Made by a program: the position numbers and the translations under genes
Shown here: in pieces, positions 52,336 to 63,871 of the stretch
How positions within the stretch are numbered: position 1 is the first letter of the stretch
Layout: the number at the start of each line of letters is the position of its first letter
The notes under the pieces: model-generated
Told to the model about the DNA's origin: nothing
The model's database searches: none
Seen by the model: only the letters and a program-made list of their open reading frames with translations
Source: Spizellomyces punctatus DAOM BR117
Lineage: Eukaryota
Length of the DNA: 64,000 nt
Strand: one strand, 5' to 3'
Assembly: GCA_000182565.2 (NCBI GenBank)
Contig: KQ257462.1

Positions 52336-52465
52336 AATCGCGCTTGCCGTTGCACAGATGACCGTGCATGTAGATTATATTATACTTATGGAAGCATCAC
52401 AGCCCCCTCTCTTTTCCTCCGTCGTTTAAGCAGATTTGCAACACCCGATTTTTGGAATTATAACA

Positions 52466-53304
52466 TTAATAAAAGGATACTGTATGGAGAACCTGCGCAT
52501 TGGTTCGCGCGGCAAAATCATCCAGAATCATGTCCATTTCCGCGTCTCGGTCCTTGGATTGTGCTATCATGTTCACTAGTTGCAGTATCAGCTGGCCGCC
52601 AACTGCAGCTTCTTCATGATTATCTTTGATCTCGATGTTCACCAGGTGTACTGGGCGATTCAGCTCTGACGGTCGGTTGTCCAGATCTGTGAGTCTCGTA
52701 TCAGAACGCTGCTCCTCGATAGGGCTGAACATCACATATTGTCTAGTCCGTATCCATACATACCCTCGCATGCAGAATCGAAACATCGTTCCTCACAAGA
52801 TATTATTACATCGAAAACGTCCCGAGCTTCCTGGAACCTTTCCGGCGCGCGCTTTATTCTTCTATTTCTGTCTAACATTGGCAAGAGACCGTTCGCTTTG
52901 TAACTTGAAGGATAGATAGTGGAAGTCAGATTGCCAGCCGTCAAGCGGTGTAAGCAATGGGACTTACAGTTGCGGATCTTTCTTCAGCAAGTCGTTGAAG
53001 ATGTCGTTATAGGGAACCCCGAAAGGATATATATTGGGCTTATCAGCAGCGGGCCCAGGAAGCCGCACAGCACTTCCAGTTCCATATGATGAGAGTACGT
53101 ATCCGGCTTTCCTGTGGACAGAGCGTGCTGATGTTGAGTCAGTTTTCTCCAAGTGATAAATGCCACATTGGCCCCAAATTCCAGGACATACTGCAGTACG
53201 TTATGCGCCTCCATACTCCGATTTTGATTGCTGGCACATATTACCGCTAGCCGAAAGGTTTGCTGCTGTGGAGGCGCTGGTCCTTGTGGTCCTTGAGATG
53301 CCAT
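52466..53304 (-). CDS. SSU72: RNA polymerase II CTD phosphatase Ssu72
   Basis: VICASNQNRSMEAH catalytic motif, SYGTGSAVRLPGP, FDVIISCEERCFD, NIEIKDNHEEAAVGG. Confidence 0.95.
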
Positions 53305-53432
53305 TTGTTCAGAAGGATGGAATAGAACTGGCAAGTCACCGAACCATATCCGTATTGGCTGCGCCACAAAGGTCCTGGGATATATTCGATCTTGGGCGAG
53401 ATCTCACCCTTGGTCGACCTTCTGATTTCGCC

Positions 53433-55485
53433 ATGTCTACTCAGAGACGTAACGCAGAGAATTCAAAATGCTTCCAGCTCTTTGCGCTGCCGAGCGACAT
53501 TCTAGCGTCTGTTACTGAAAATACCCAAGTGGTGGAAGGTCTGCCCGGCATCTCGACTCTACCTTCAGTCGCGAAGCCCGAACAACCTTGCATCCAGCCA
53601 ACTTCCACCTCCGGATGCAGTACCTGCGGTGGACTTCAGTTTCCGTCTTCAGAAGAGATGCGAACACATTACAAGAGTGACTGGCATCGGTATAATATCA
53701 AAAGAAAGGTTCGCGGCCAAGGGCCAGTGTCTGAGGAGCAGTTTGACGATCTTACCGAAGTAAGCAGTATCGAAGCCAGTGATGAAGAGGATGACGAAGA
53801 GGATAGACCCACACATCCCGACATGATTAAGGCGGGTTCTATGCCAGACTCTCCGTTTGTCATGCTGCCGCTCGGGAATGAGGAATGCCTTCTTGTTTAT
53901 AAACAAATCTTCTCATCCTCAAAACGTGACATGAAACGAACTGACAACGCTGCTTTGATTGTTGAACGCCTGCGAAAGTACCAAAGCTTACAGCAGCCCA
54001 CCCATTGGACTCTCCTTATGTTGGCCGCCGGACATTTTGCTGGGACTGTAGTCAATTGTAAAGATGGAACCGCCATCGTCCACAAGACATTTCATCGATA
54101 TACCACACGAAGAAAGCAGGGCGGTGCTCAAAGCAGGTGCTTACATTTCTTGCGACTCCATGGGGATTCTCAGTTAACATTGGTTCCGATATAGCAACGA
54201 CCAAGCGAAGGGGAAAGCAAATTCAGCAGGTGCAGGTCTGAGACGGTACAACGAACAAGCCCTTCAGGTACCAGTTCTACTCTACGCATATTGTGACTAC
54301 TAGTAAAATAGTAATGAAATCCGGCATGACACGATTTATTTGCGGTTTTAGAAAGAAATTCGCGATCTACTAGTGGAATGGAAAGATTATTTGTCGACAA
54401 GTGATCTAATCTTCATCCGTGCGCCAGCTGCCAGCAGGAAAGTTCTTTTCTTTGACGGTGGGCCACTGGACGCAGGGCATGACCGCATTCGCTCCTTTCC
54501 CTTCACCACTCGTCGACCCACGTTCTCTGAATTGATGAGATGCTTCAAGGAGCTTACTACGATACGAATTGAACGGCTTCCGGAGATACCTGATGTACAC
54601 GCAACATCCCAAAGCGAAGCACTGCGGCCAAAACCACGCCCAAAGCCAGTATCGCCGGAGGCTGTCAAAGACAACGAGACGACGGCTGGCATCGATCCAC
54701 TCTTCTTGAAGCTTGCCGATTTTTGCAAGCGAGGGAAGCTAGAGCTATTTCAGTCTCACCTAAAAGCGAATGAAGGCTTGAACGTGAAAACACGCTTGCC
54801 CGACGAGGCCGGGACTAGTCTTTTACATTTAGCGGCTACGAATGGCTGCTCCGAAATGGTAAACGCCCTTCTCTCCTTGGGTGCTGATCCTACTATGGGC
54901 AGTGAAAAGCGAAATTTAAAGCCCTACGATGTAGCTCAGAGCAAAGATACGCGTGATGCTTTCCGTCGCTTTGTTGCCTCCCAACCTGATATGTGGGACT
55001 GGAAGCAGGCGCATGTCCCGGGTCCTCTCACTCCAGAGATGGAGCAACAGCAAAAGGAGAAAGAGAAAGAGAAGAAGAAGAAAATGAAAGACAAACAAAA
55101 AGCCTACAAATCTTCTAAAGAGGCGGCAACTCCCGTTCCGGAGCCGGTCCTTGTTCCTGCTCCATCGTCAAAGAAAACGGCTCTGTCAAAACTTACCAAA
55201 TCAGAGAGAGAATCCATTGGGATGACAGCCGAACGCCGAGCAAGGTTGGACAGGGAGAAACGAGCTTTGGCTGCAGAAGCTCGCATAAGAGTGATGCAAA
55301 ATCAGTGTGGAGCGTGCGGCAAGTCTTTGGTGGGGATCACACCTTTTGAAAAGCTGCAATTTCGGTATTGCTCCATGCCGTGTGTTACGGTATGCGTCAT
55401 GAAATTAGAAGATATGTTCTGTCGATGAAATCACATAATCATCATTCGTCTCCATTGCCAGAAACATCAAATCTTGACGTCGTAG
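53433..55485 (+). CDS. VMS1: Vms1/ANKZF1 (C2H2 zinc finger, VLRF1, ankyrin, C-terminal Cys motif)
   Basis: HYKSDWHRYNIKRK, AAGHFAG, HKTFHRYTTRRKQGGAQS, SAGAGLRRYNE, FPFTTRRPT, ankyrin LLHLAA, CGACG..FRYCSMPC. Confidence 0.93.
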
Positions 55486-56883
55486 GAAGATATTCGTTCG
55501 TCAACGCCCACCCCGTTTGCGGATCGCTGCCGCAGTGGCCATAACGAGACGGAATTGCTGGATACCGCCCGGTCCCCGAGCACGTTCCAGTACGTTCAAG
55601 TGACATTTTGCCCCCGCGAATCCAATCAAAATTCCCTTAAACGTCACTTGGAGACTGAGCAGGCGGGGCTGCATTGGCCCTCGCATGGCACTGCTCAGTA
55701 GAAGAGGGTGGCAATTTCCAGAATATCATGTAGTTGCTAAGCTGCCGCAGTTATACTGAAGATCTGAGGATTTCGCGCATTTGTGCCGCTAGGCGATGTA
55801 ATCTGACAATAGCTCGGCTCGACCATCTCGTGTCTCTTGATCATCAAATGTAGTGATCCTATTTGTATGCTTTTACATTTTAAAATTTGTTTGCAAGTGT
55901 CGTCTCTGATATTCGAAGTCACGCGGGCGTGCTTTTCATGGCGGTTATAGGAAGCTGCTCGCTTGTGGAATGAACTTTGCGACTCACCCATTCCATGAGT
56001 CTTTGCTCTGAGGAACTAGGTGATTTTAGAGGTGATTGTTTTCAGCCCTGTGAAAGGACATTGAAGCCAGAACCATCAACTTCCTTTTCTCCTCATACAC
56101 TCAGCCAAACCACAAAGAGGTAGATTAAAGGCCCAAAGTCCAGCAAATGACTTAATGCACGGCCGTACAGAAAACATTGCTTCGTTTATACAACATGCTC
56201 TATAGCGTAGCAAACCCATTGAATTCACGCCTGACCCAGTCTTACATGAGATTATCACTCATTGCTGCTCCCTGAAGTTAGATAAATTTGAGAATCTTCT
56301 TCTAGATATGTGTAGGCTCTTTCCACATCTCTGAGACTAGATGTTTCCAAATATTCGCTTAAACCCCACTCACACCCTGGAGAAAATGCCATACGAGTCG
56401 CAAAGCGCCCCTAGAATCACATATTGTCTGTTTAGAGTCCCTGATACTAGGAGTATTTGACATACATCCATTGACAGGAAAATGAAATACTTCCAAACCA
56501 TCCCGATGAGGAAATTATACGTGTAGTGTCGAATCTCTCGAAGTGGGTTCAGGTGGCTTAGCTACGCGATCCGTCTCCCACAGTATGTCAGACTTCAACA
56601 GATTTTGGTTTGCTGTTTGTTTAAATGCTTGAAACCTCCGCAGAATTGTGCAGTTAATTGAAGAAATGGCTCCTAAGCAGGGCTGCACTTTTGTCACAAA
56701 CACAGGACGTTTACCCGACACAGGCGTTGGAAAACAAAATCGCTCCCCATTACTCAGATTCCTGGGTTATTCCTGTAAAGGTTTGCGTACGATGGATTTA
56801 GTAGTAGTTAATGATATGATTTGGCTCCAGCGACAGAATCCTTCATTATTTATCTAACCTGGTAGGCATTTAGCAAAATGTGA

Positions 56884-57094
56884 CCAGCGGATTTTACGCT
56901 CATCGTATAAGCCGCTGGGGGGCACACAGAAGTCTAACCCCGCCTCGGCGGAAAGCGGCTGACCGCGGAAAGTGGCTGACCTGTGTCGCGGGTCCTGACT
57001 GTGCAGTTCCGCGCAATGTGGGGATCGAACCCAGTGCCTTTCCCCAACTGAGGCCACTGAGAACGAACGCATGCCCCATAAGCTATCCCCACAA
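56884..57094 (-). other. GC-rich structured tRNA-like / SINE-like element
   Basis: A-box-like TAGCTTATGG and B-box GGGTTCGATCCC on the minus strand; 9-bp inverted repeat TGTGGGGAT/ATCCCCACA; 17-bp tandem repeat at 56948-56981. Confidence 0.45.
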
Positions 57095-57931
57095 AGTCAC
57101 ATACATTGCTGCATAATATCCAGATAAATTTAGGCCACATGTTTTATGCATTTATTATGTTATTTACAAAGCATTATAGCAGTTTGGGTTCCTTGCACAT
57201 CAAGTATATCGAGTACACACATAAACTTTAGTTTTTATCAGTTGCGTCGTGTCTCGAGGCTGCTGTATTCATGCCTTCCGTACTACGGAGTCCAACCAAT
57301 GATAGGCGTCTAACCACCCATCGGCCATCACTCCGGTGCTGCAAAAGTGGACGATACTCGAGCTTGAAGCTATTACCAACGGTCCTTGACAAATCCTTCT
57401 CACTCGGGCTGCGCACATCATAATAACCATCTGGATCTGAAATGCTCGGGGGTGCCACCCTACAGTATTAATATAGAGCGACCTACTTACTGATCGAGGG
57501 AAAATATTGTTTAGATACCATATTTGACGGGAAATATGTTACCAAACGACAGCGGATGACAGTCCCTTCATAGAACGGGCGGCAGCGGTAGGATTTCCAG
57601 CTGAGGGCGCTTTTCTATGGTGCGAGCCGCTTCCGATATGTATCGAGGCATGTTCCTGCTCTCGAGGGATAGCGAGGACGATCCAATCCCTGTATTGACG
57701 AAGTTTATATTTACGTGCCAAAGGAAATGGGAGATAGATTTAGAAACTTGTGGCTTTGCGATTATGTTACTAATTCAACTCTACTAGCCCAATTTAGAAC
57801 CCCTCGATCAAAGGTTTGTAAGCAGTGTGCCGCCCGACTGGTGTTAAATGCTCTAATATCTTATAAAAGATCTGCTTTCTTTTGAAACTATTCTCATTCA
57901 CCATTCTCGTCTCCAACCGCAAACCGATACA

Positions 57932-58550
57932 ATGACTTCCGTACCTTATCCTGTGTCTCCATTTCGCGCTCAACTGACAAAGGAAATTCCCGAATCGGTT
58001 TTGATCGCGCGGAATGGATGTCATTTCTGCCAGCGATCCCGTCTTCCGCGAAACGTAAACTTTGTCGTCTTTGACTGTGAGGAGTACTCAATGTTCGAGT
58101 CCGACATGATGAGCAGTGAACAGATTGGCTGGACATATCCGGAAAGTCAGCGGGATAAGTCATTGAACTTGCGATAAATTACGAGAGAGTTTGCACGGAT
58201 TGTGCCAAAGTACACTTGCAAGCCAAAGAAATTCCCGAGATTTGCAATCGCTGTCACATGGAGTATCCGGCTTACAGGGGCGAACATAAAGATAATTATC
58301 TCACCGGGATTATCACTCCATACGGCATCAACTCTGGGGTTGTAATAACGAAAACGGCGATTGGTGCTGTTGTCAACCGGTTTGGATGAAATTTCACGAA
58401 AACACAAGTAGCGGGATAATTCCGGACGAATTACAAGTAGGGGATTGTGTGTGCGATAACTGTATTATCGATTTATACATAAAAGGACATATCGATGCCG
58501 GGACCGATGGAGAATTGTATAAGTTCTTGGAGAAGAAAACTATTGTATAA
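57932..58550 (+). pseudogene. Frameshifted intronless Cys-rich ORF (four CxxC motifs, ~205 aa reconstructed)
   Basis: TATAAAAG near 57863, ATG 57932; two single-base frameshifts (~58171, ~58339) join CHFC, CTDC, CNRC and CDNC segments to TAA at 58550. Confidence 0.55.
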
Positions 58551-58733
58551 TAACGTTCATAAACAGGCACAACATGGCATTCATCCCGGTTTCATTTTTC
58601 AACTTGCATACGATCGACAAGCCCACGACACCTGATATCGTTGCTTGATTCCTAATGTTTTGATGCATTTATGAATCAGGACATATTTTTCTTTTGTTAC
58701 TTTCATTTTGCTGCTATCTATGAAATCGCTCCT

Positions 58734-58959
58734 TTACGAACCGATATCCGTTCCAAAATTGTCTAGACATATCCCAATGTAGTTTTCTTCGTAGTCATAT
58801 CCGGAATAACAATCTCCTGTATCAACGACTTTGATCTCTTTTTTTGCCAACAAATTTCCAAGGTTTCTGTAAGATTAGAACTATTTGCGTCTCCCCACGC
58901 CATTCCTCGCCATTGAAGAACGCTCCATAACGAACCCACGCACAAAAGTCTACACCCAT
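58734..58959 (-). pseudogene. Frameshifted small intronless ORF (MGVDFCAWVRYGAFF...DTGDCYSGYDYEENYIGICL)
   Basis: A frameshift at an A-run (~58840) links two open segments; convergent with the previous pseudogene. Confidence 0.35.
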
Positions 58960-60865
58960 ACTCCGAACGATTATTCTGGATGGCGAAGCGTTGATTATGT
59001 ATGAGCGCCGCCAATCAGTATGATACAATGCTAGTGCGCTGTTGCGGAGAAAAATCCGATATCTGAGCACACAGCGCAGAGGCTCCCTTTCAATACTCTG
59101 CTGTAAACGTTCTCCGAATGGAACCGACCCTGCAACAGCCACTATATCAACGTTTCTCAGCGGTTTGGTTCCCAGCTAGACCTCTAACTGATATATCGTA
59201 AACCACCTAGGTTGACATATCAGTATTGATGACGCTACACCACCACCAGTAGCCGACTTAGCTATCGTACCTCCTCGATCTTCTTAACGTCGTATTTGAT
59301 GCTATCGAATCTCTTTCGTAGAGCATCGTTCTTTAGGTTCAACAATTGGAACCCAGAATAGAGATCCCCCACAAACTTTGATATCCTAGGGGAGCCTGCA
59401 TCAATGCCTAACCTAGAAAATGGACGACCTTGAAAGCGTACCGTAAGGGTCTTGAATAGTCACCATGTGTTACGCAGTTGACTGCTAATCGCGACTGGAA
59501 CGAAAAGGGGCCTTAGCGATCGCGGTACAGTAGACCATCAAAATATTCTCCTCACCAATTCGCTTGTAATCGAGACAAGACCATGCAAGTAGTCCTCAAT
59601 CCCAATATGAAAAGTCGGACTAGTGCCACGTAGACTGACCTCCACTGTTCGTCACATATTAGCGTTGCCATAACCTTGAGCCAAGCAAGTGTCGCGGCCC
59701 AACCTCCAAGCATCTCCTCCACTTGAGGAACAGTCAATAACTTCTCCGTTTGAAGGTATACAATATAAGCCGCCAAAAAAATCGCTTTTGTTTTGAGTTA
59801 GGGTACAAGACCGGCAAGGGTGAGGGAGTATGGGGCATGCATACCTTGTTGCAATGTGAACGTAAACATGCCGTTATATCTGCAACGCAAGTTCTCAGCT
59901 TTGAGTGAAAGATGCCTTGCCCGCATCATACGAACCGATAGTATTGCTCATGCGGCACTAGTTTAGCAACATTCTGAATATCGGCTCGGATATTTGCAAA
60001 GCGGTCAAGTGCGGCATTGACTTGCTGGCCGACATCTTAAAGCGAAAATTGTAGGTAGAAGTATAGTGGGACGGACCGATAACCTATACAGTAACCAACC
60101 TGAATCTGTGGTCGCCGAGTGGACTTGACTCAAAATAGCCGCTGTAGCAGGAAGTCCAACATTAAGATTTATTCATACAAAAATATCTTTGCCTTCATAA
60201 CCAGCCAACTGCAAGCTGAACGGTTTGGAGTTCACGTACGGTAACTGCAGCATATCTTTGTCCGCTGCACAGCAAGGGTGTCTCACACTCAACTGATACC
60301 CACCGACAGTTCGACATGTTCGCTCCAGGTCTCGTACAGCAGTGCGGATATTCTATGACAAGGTGAACTATTGTTAAGGCATAAAGTGCATTATCCGATG
60401 GAGTAACCGCGTTCACATTGCACGTACTTCGCGAAGCTCTGTTTCGGTCTCTAATGACCGCTGAATGCTTTCAAAAAATATCAAGTCAGCCATGATGGGA
60501 ACATGTAGATCCGTGAAGATCAGTTGGAAGATGGATGATACTGACTGGCCTGGCAAGTGGCACAGTCCTCCAAGCTTACGTGACACCTGTTGAGACGACG
60601 CCGGCCCTGTTGCTGAACGACAAAAGAGAAGTTGAAAACGAGCAATTGGTACCGGCAAAGCGCTGTACGTGTCTTATGAATGCGATTAGAGGAGTGCAAA
60701 GAGGATTGAAGCGAGGAGAACTTTTTCTCCTTCTTCCCGTTAATGGCATACTTATTTTGGATGTCGCCCGAGTTAGAGAAATATTCGTGCACGCATGATT
60801 AAAGTCTTCCAACGATGTCATTTACAGCGGGGTATTTTATCACGACAACATATTACAGTGAACCT

Positions 60866-62142
60866 CTATTTAGATGATAGTTCTGATCCAATTTTATCTA
60901 CACAGTCAATGCGAGGTCAGGTAAGCTCTGCGTAAGCAGCGAAGTCAAGCCGAGCACAGTACTTACAGGTAGCAATAGAATCCCAATTGATCTTGTTACG
61001 CGTTATGGGCAATGCTCGACGTAATCCTTTGAAGATACCCTCGGAGAGATCGGCAAACTTGTCGCTTAACGCATTTTGAAAATCAGCTTCGGCTTTAGCA
61101 ATTTGCTTGATAGCAGCCGTGGCAAATGCTCGCGGGTCCTACAGATTAATATTAGATGGAATTGAAAAACTCAATAGCCATATGTGGTATACGTACTGAG
61201 GACGATCCAATGTTTACTGTCAGGTCTTTTGACGCCGTGAGTTGCACATTTCCATCCTCGTAGTAATGGACGTTCACCCTCACGAGTCCCTTCAATTCGC
61301 TTGAACCAATCTGTGTCGTCCAAATCGACCGCCATCGCCCATTCCTAACAAATTGTTTGAGCCGATTCCTCAAGTTCGTGCATAGTTGTATCATCTACCA
61401 ACCAAAAGTTGTCCGGATTGTATTTGTTGCCCACAATTTGCAACACAAGTTCATTTCCATCAAAAACAGTTGCCACCCCGTTTGGATAATGCTCTGCAAT
61501 ATACTTGGCGGCGGCCTGATCCAAAGCGTCTCTTCAATAGACAATGAGCTTTAAGCATATGATACGTATCAGCCAGAGAACATACCTGTAAGGTTCTGTC
61601 TCAGCATTACGCTCTACCTCTTCCGCATCAGAGGTTGTCTATATATGCACCATTTAGACATATCGAAACAGAAAAAGTGCTGTCCCAGACGGTATTTCAC
61701 CTGCCGGATGTGGTCAACGTAAAAGGTTTGGGATGACCGAGGGTCCAGATACCGAGTTTCATCCACCTTTCCGTACTTTGACAAAATGACCTAGGTATTG
61801 CAGAATTTCATTAGTCGCCGTAGTTGGTCTGTCTGCAATGAGGTCTGTCTGCAGTGACCGTCTTTAGCCACCTGGTGTTTCTGCCCAGGAGGAGTCACGG
61901 TTATGAACTGCTCCAGGTTGTATTCTTCAAATATGCTCGCCACTCCATTTTCCAGCAGAGATTCATCGTCTACCAACACTCGCACGTCTATATGCAGTGT
62001 AGGAATACGTCAGTGCCGGGTGCGAAGCAGCGGGCAACTACCAGCTCTTACCATTGAAAACATCGTTTAATTCTCCAGGTGGACTGTCAAGCAGAAACCC
62101 CGACACAATGCTCAATTTCGCATCGTTACTCAGTTCTGACAT
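60866..62142 (-). CDS. CAP1: F-actin capping protein alpha subunit
   Basis: FLLDSPPGELNDVFNDVRVL, NGRWRSIW, VNVHYYEDGNVQL, FKGLRRALPITRNKINWD. Confidence 0.95.
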
Positions 62143-62244
62143 GTTGCCGTGCCAATAGAAAACGCGGAATGGGGTAGAGTTCACTGTCGATGCAAGCTGC
62201 AAGATGGCCGCCGCAGAGGCAAGACGCGATTGAGTGTTTCGTTC

Positions 62245-62775
62245 TAATCAGCGGATTAATCCGGCTTAACCATGTTATAATGTGCATTGTTTTTGGTCAT
62301 CATCATCATGAAGATAAACAATAAAGTCAATTATTTACAATTATTGCCTTTGCGACAGCTGAGGTCTGGGACCTTATCCTGCGGCGCTTATTTTCTATAT
62401 ATGGCCCCATTCTCACTATCTCCTCCCTTCTTGCTCTTTTACCCCCAACTCACCGCAAGCAAGTCAAGCATGACCGAGGACCTCGCCCTCCCGACAATAA
62501 CAATGGGCAAGGATTGCCTTGCAATGCTATCACTACTATGCTGCTGTGATCACAGGTATGTCTTTGTAACATGCTTATTGTCTGTCGAATTCTGGTTTAC
62601 TAATATCAGAACATCCTCTGAACCCAGTAGGCCTCGGAACCTGGCCTAAAAGGATTTCTCGTGATGGTGGGCGCTAGTTACCCGGATAGACCACTCGTAA
62701 TGTGCATGTGTGAGCCTAGTTCATACTTAGTTCGGGTTGGTTGTCGCCAGACCCCAGTGGTTCGAATCCGCATTG
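62245..62775 (+). mobile_element. Diverged relative (copy 3) of the Fanzor ghost element, lacking recognisable TIRs
   Basis: Collinear blocks shared with 4265-4970: CGGAT(T)AATCCGG, TATA, CGCAAGCA, CGAGGACCTCG..CCCGACA, ACTA(C/T)TATGCTGC, GTATGT intron, GAACATCCTCTG, GGCCTA, TGGTGGGC..CCGG, GGTTGTCGCC hairpin. Confidence 0.7.
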
Positions 62776-62996
62776 GTGTACTGTATTGTTGTTTTAACTG
62801 CTCATTGCCATACTACCACAAAGAAACGGTATTATGCGATAAGCACAAGAATCGTGGTATGTCTGCGACCACAGGAGTTGTTGCACGCATGATAGGTCAC
62901 AAAGATTTATTTATACTCTCCCCTCACATCTCACAGGATAACTACATACAATCCGCCTCGGGAGCAGTTGAGCAGAAGCCAGCGAATTCCAAACCA

Positions 62997-63695
62997 TTAA
63001 ATGGGTTTAATCTTAAAGTGTAGCGAGATCAGTGAGAAGACCAAGCATTTTAGATCCTGGATTAGGTAGTAGAACACCCGTAGTCCTTCGGGGTCCTTGC
63101 TCTCTTGGACATCTACGAGGGAGCCGATCTTTGCCGTCTGATCAAAGGTTACAGATGAGCATATTATAAGATGACTTGTCATCCGAGCAATCGCAGCGTT
63201 AAATACTCACGGTGAATGATATGTGTTCTTTGCCCATCACGATCTCAAGCTCCTGTCGTCCAACCCGGTCTGGAACAGGCCACAGTTTGTCGTCCTCCCT
63301 AAATCGCAACAGTACACCCGAATGTCAACAACTTGTTCTACCACGACGCACCCAGCGACAAACGCTATTTCCAAGATCTCTGCAATACGCACTTTAGGAT
63401 CTCACTGTCGGTGACTATTCTCTTCAACTCCTGAATCAGCGATGGGCTAACGTACACCTCCTTTCGGATTAAAGTGTCGTTTTTGTAGTTCGAGGAGTTG
63501 GCATATCGTAGTTTGCCGTCCGGCCTAAACTCGAACTCGAGGAACTCATGTCCAAACTTGCCAATGTGGCCGACGCTGATGCGAGAATGGATTCGCGATG
63601 TCAGCAACAGATCTATGTTATGGCTGTAATGACATACGCAGGAGACGGAAAGCTTACTAATATCGAACATAAAGCTCTTCTTCTCCAGTGGCCAT
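62997..63695 (-). CDS. MAGO: Mago nashi (exon junction complex core)
   Basis: [83 protein letters not shown]. Confidence 0.97.
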
Positions 63696-63771
63696 TTCGT
63701 CAATCCAGGGGTGAATATCTGCTGGAGCGATGCTTTGGCAGGCGTTAATTGCCAACAACTAAGCAGTCCTT

Positions 63772-63785
63772 GTTGCCATAGAAAT
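63772..63785. promoter_or_regulatory. X-box (RFX)-like motif between mago and the next gene
   Basis: GTTGCCATAGAAAT, followed by AGCAAC. Confidence 0.35.
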
Positions 63786-63871
63786 AGCAACGCGGAGTCT
63801 CACCAGATGCAAGTTGACTTCGCGCTCACCGTCCCAAGTCTGAGGTCCTTCTTTGGGAATCGACGCTAACC

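Noticed and set aside
58030-58085. NFVVFDCE resembling a DEDD exonuclease motif I
   Set aside because: No downstream Exo II/III motifs; the context is a CxxC-repeat protein.
62725-62780. tRNA-Asp(GTC) suggested by TTGTCG and GGTTCGAATCC
   Set aside because: No acceptor stem or D-arm can be formed, and the hairpin is homologous to the omegaRNA-like stem.
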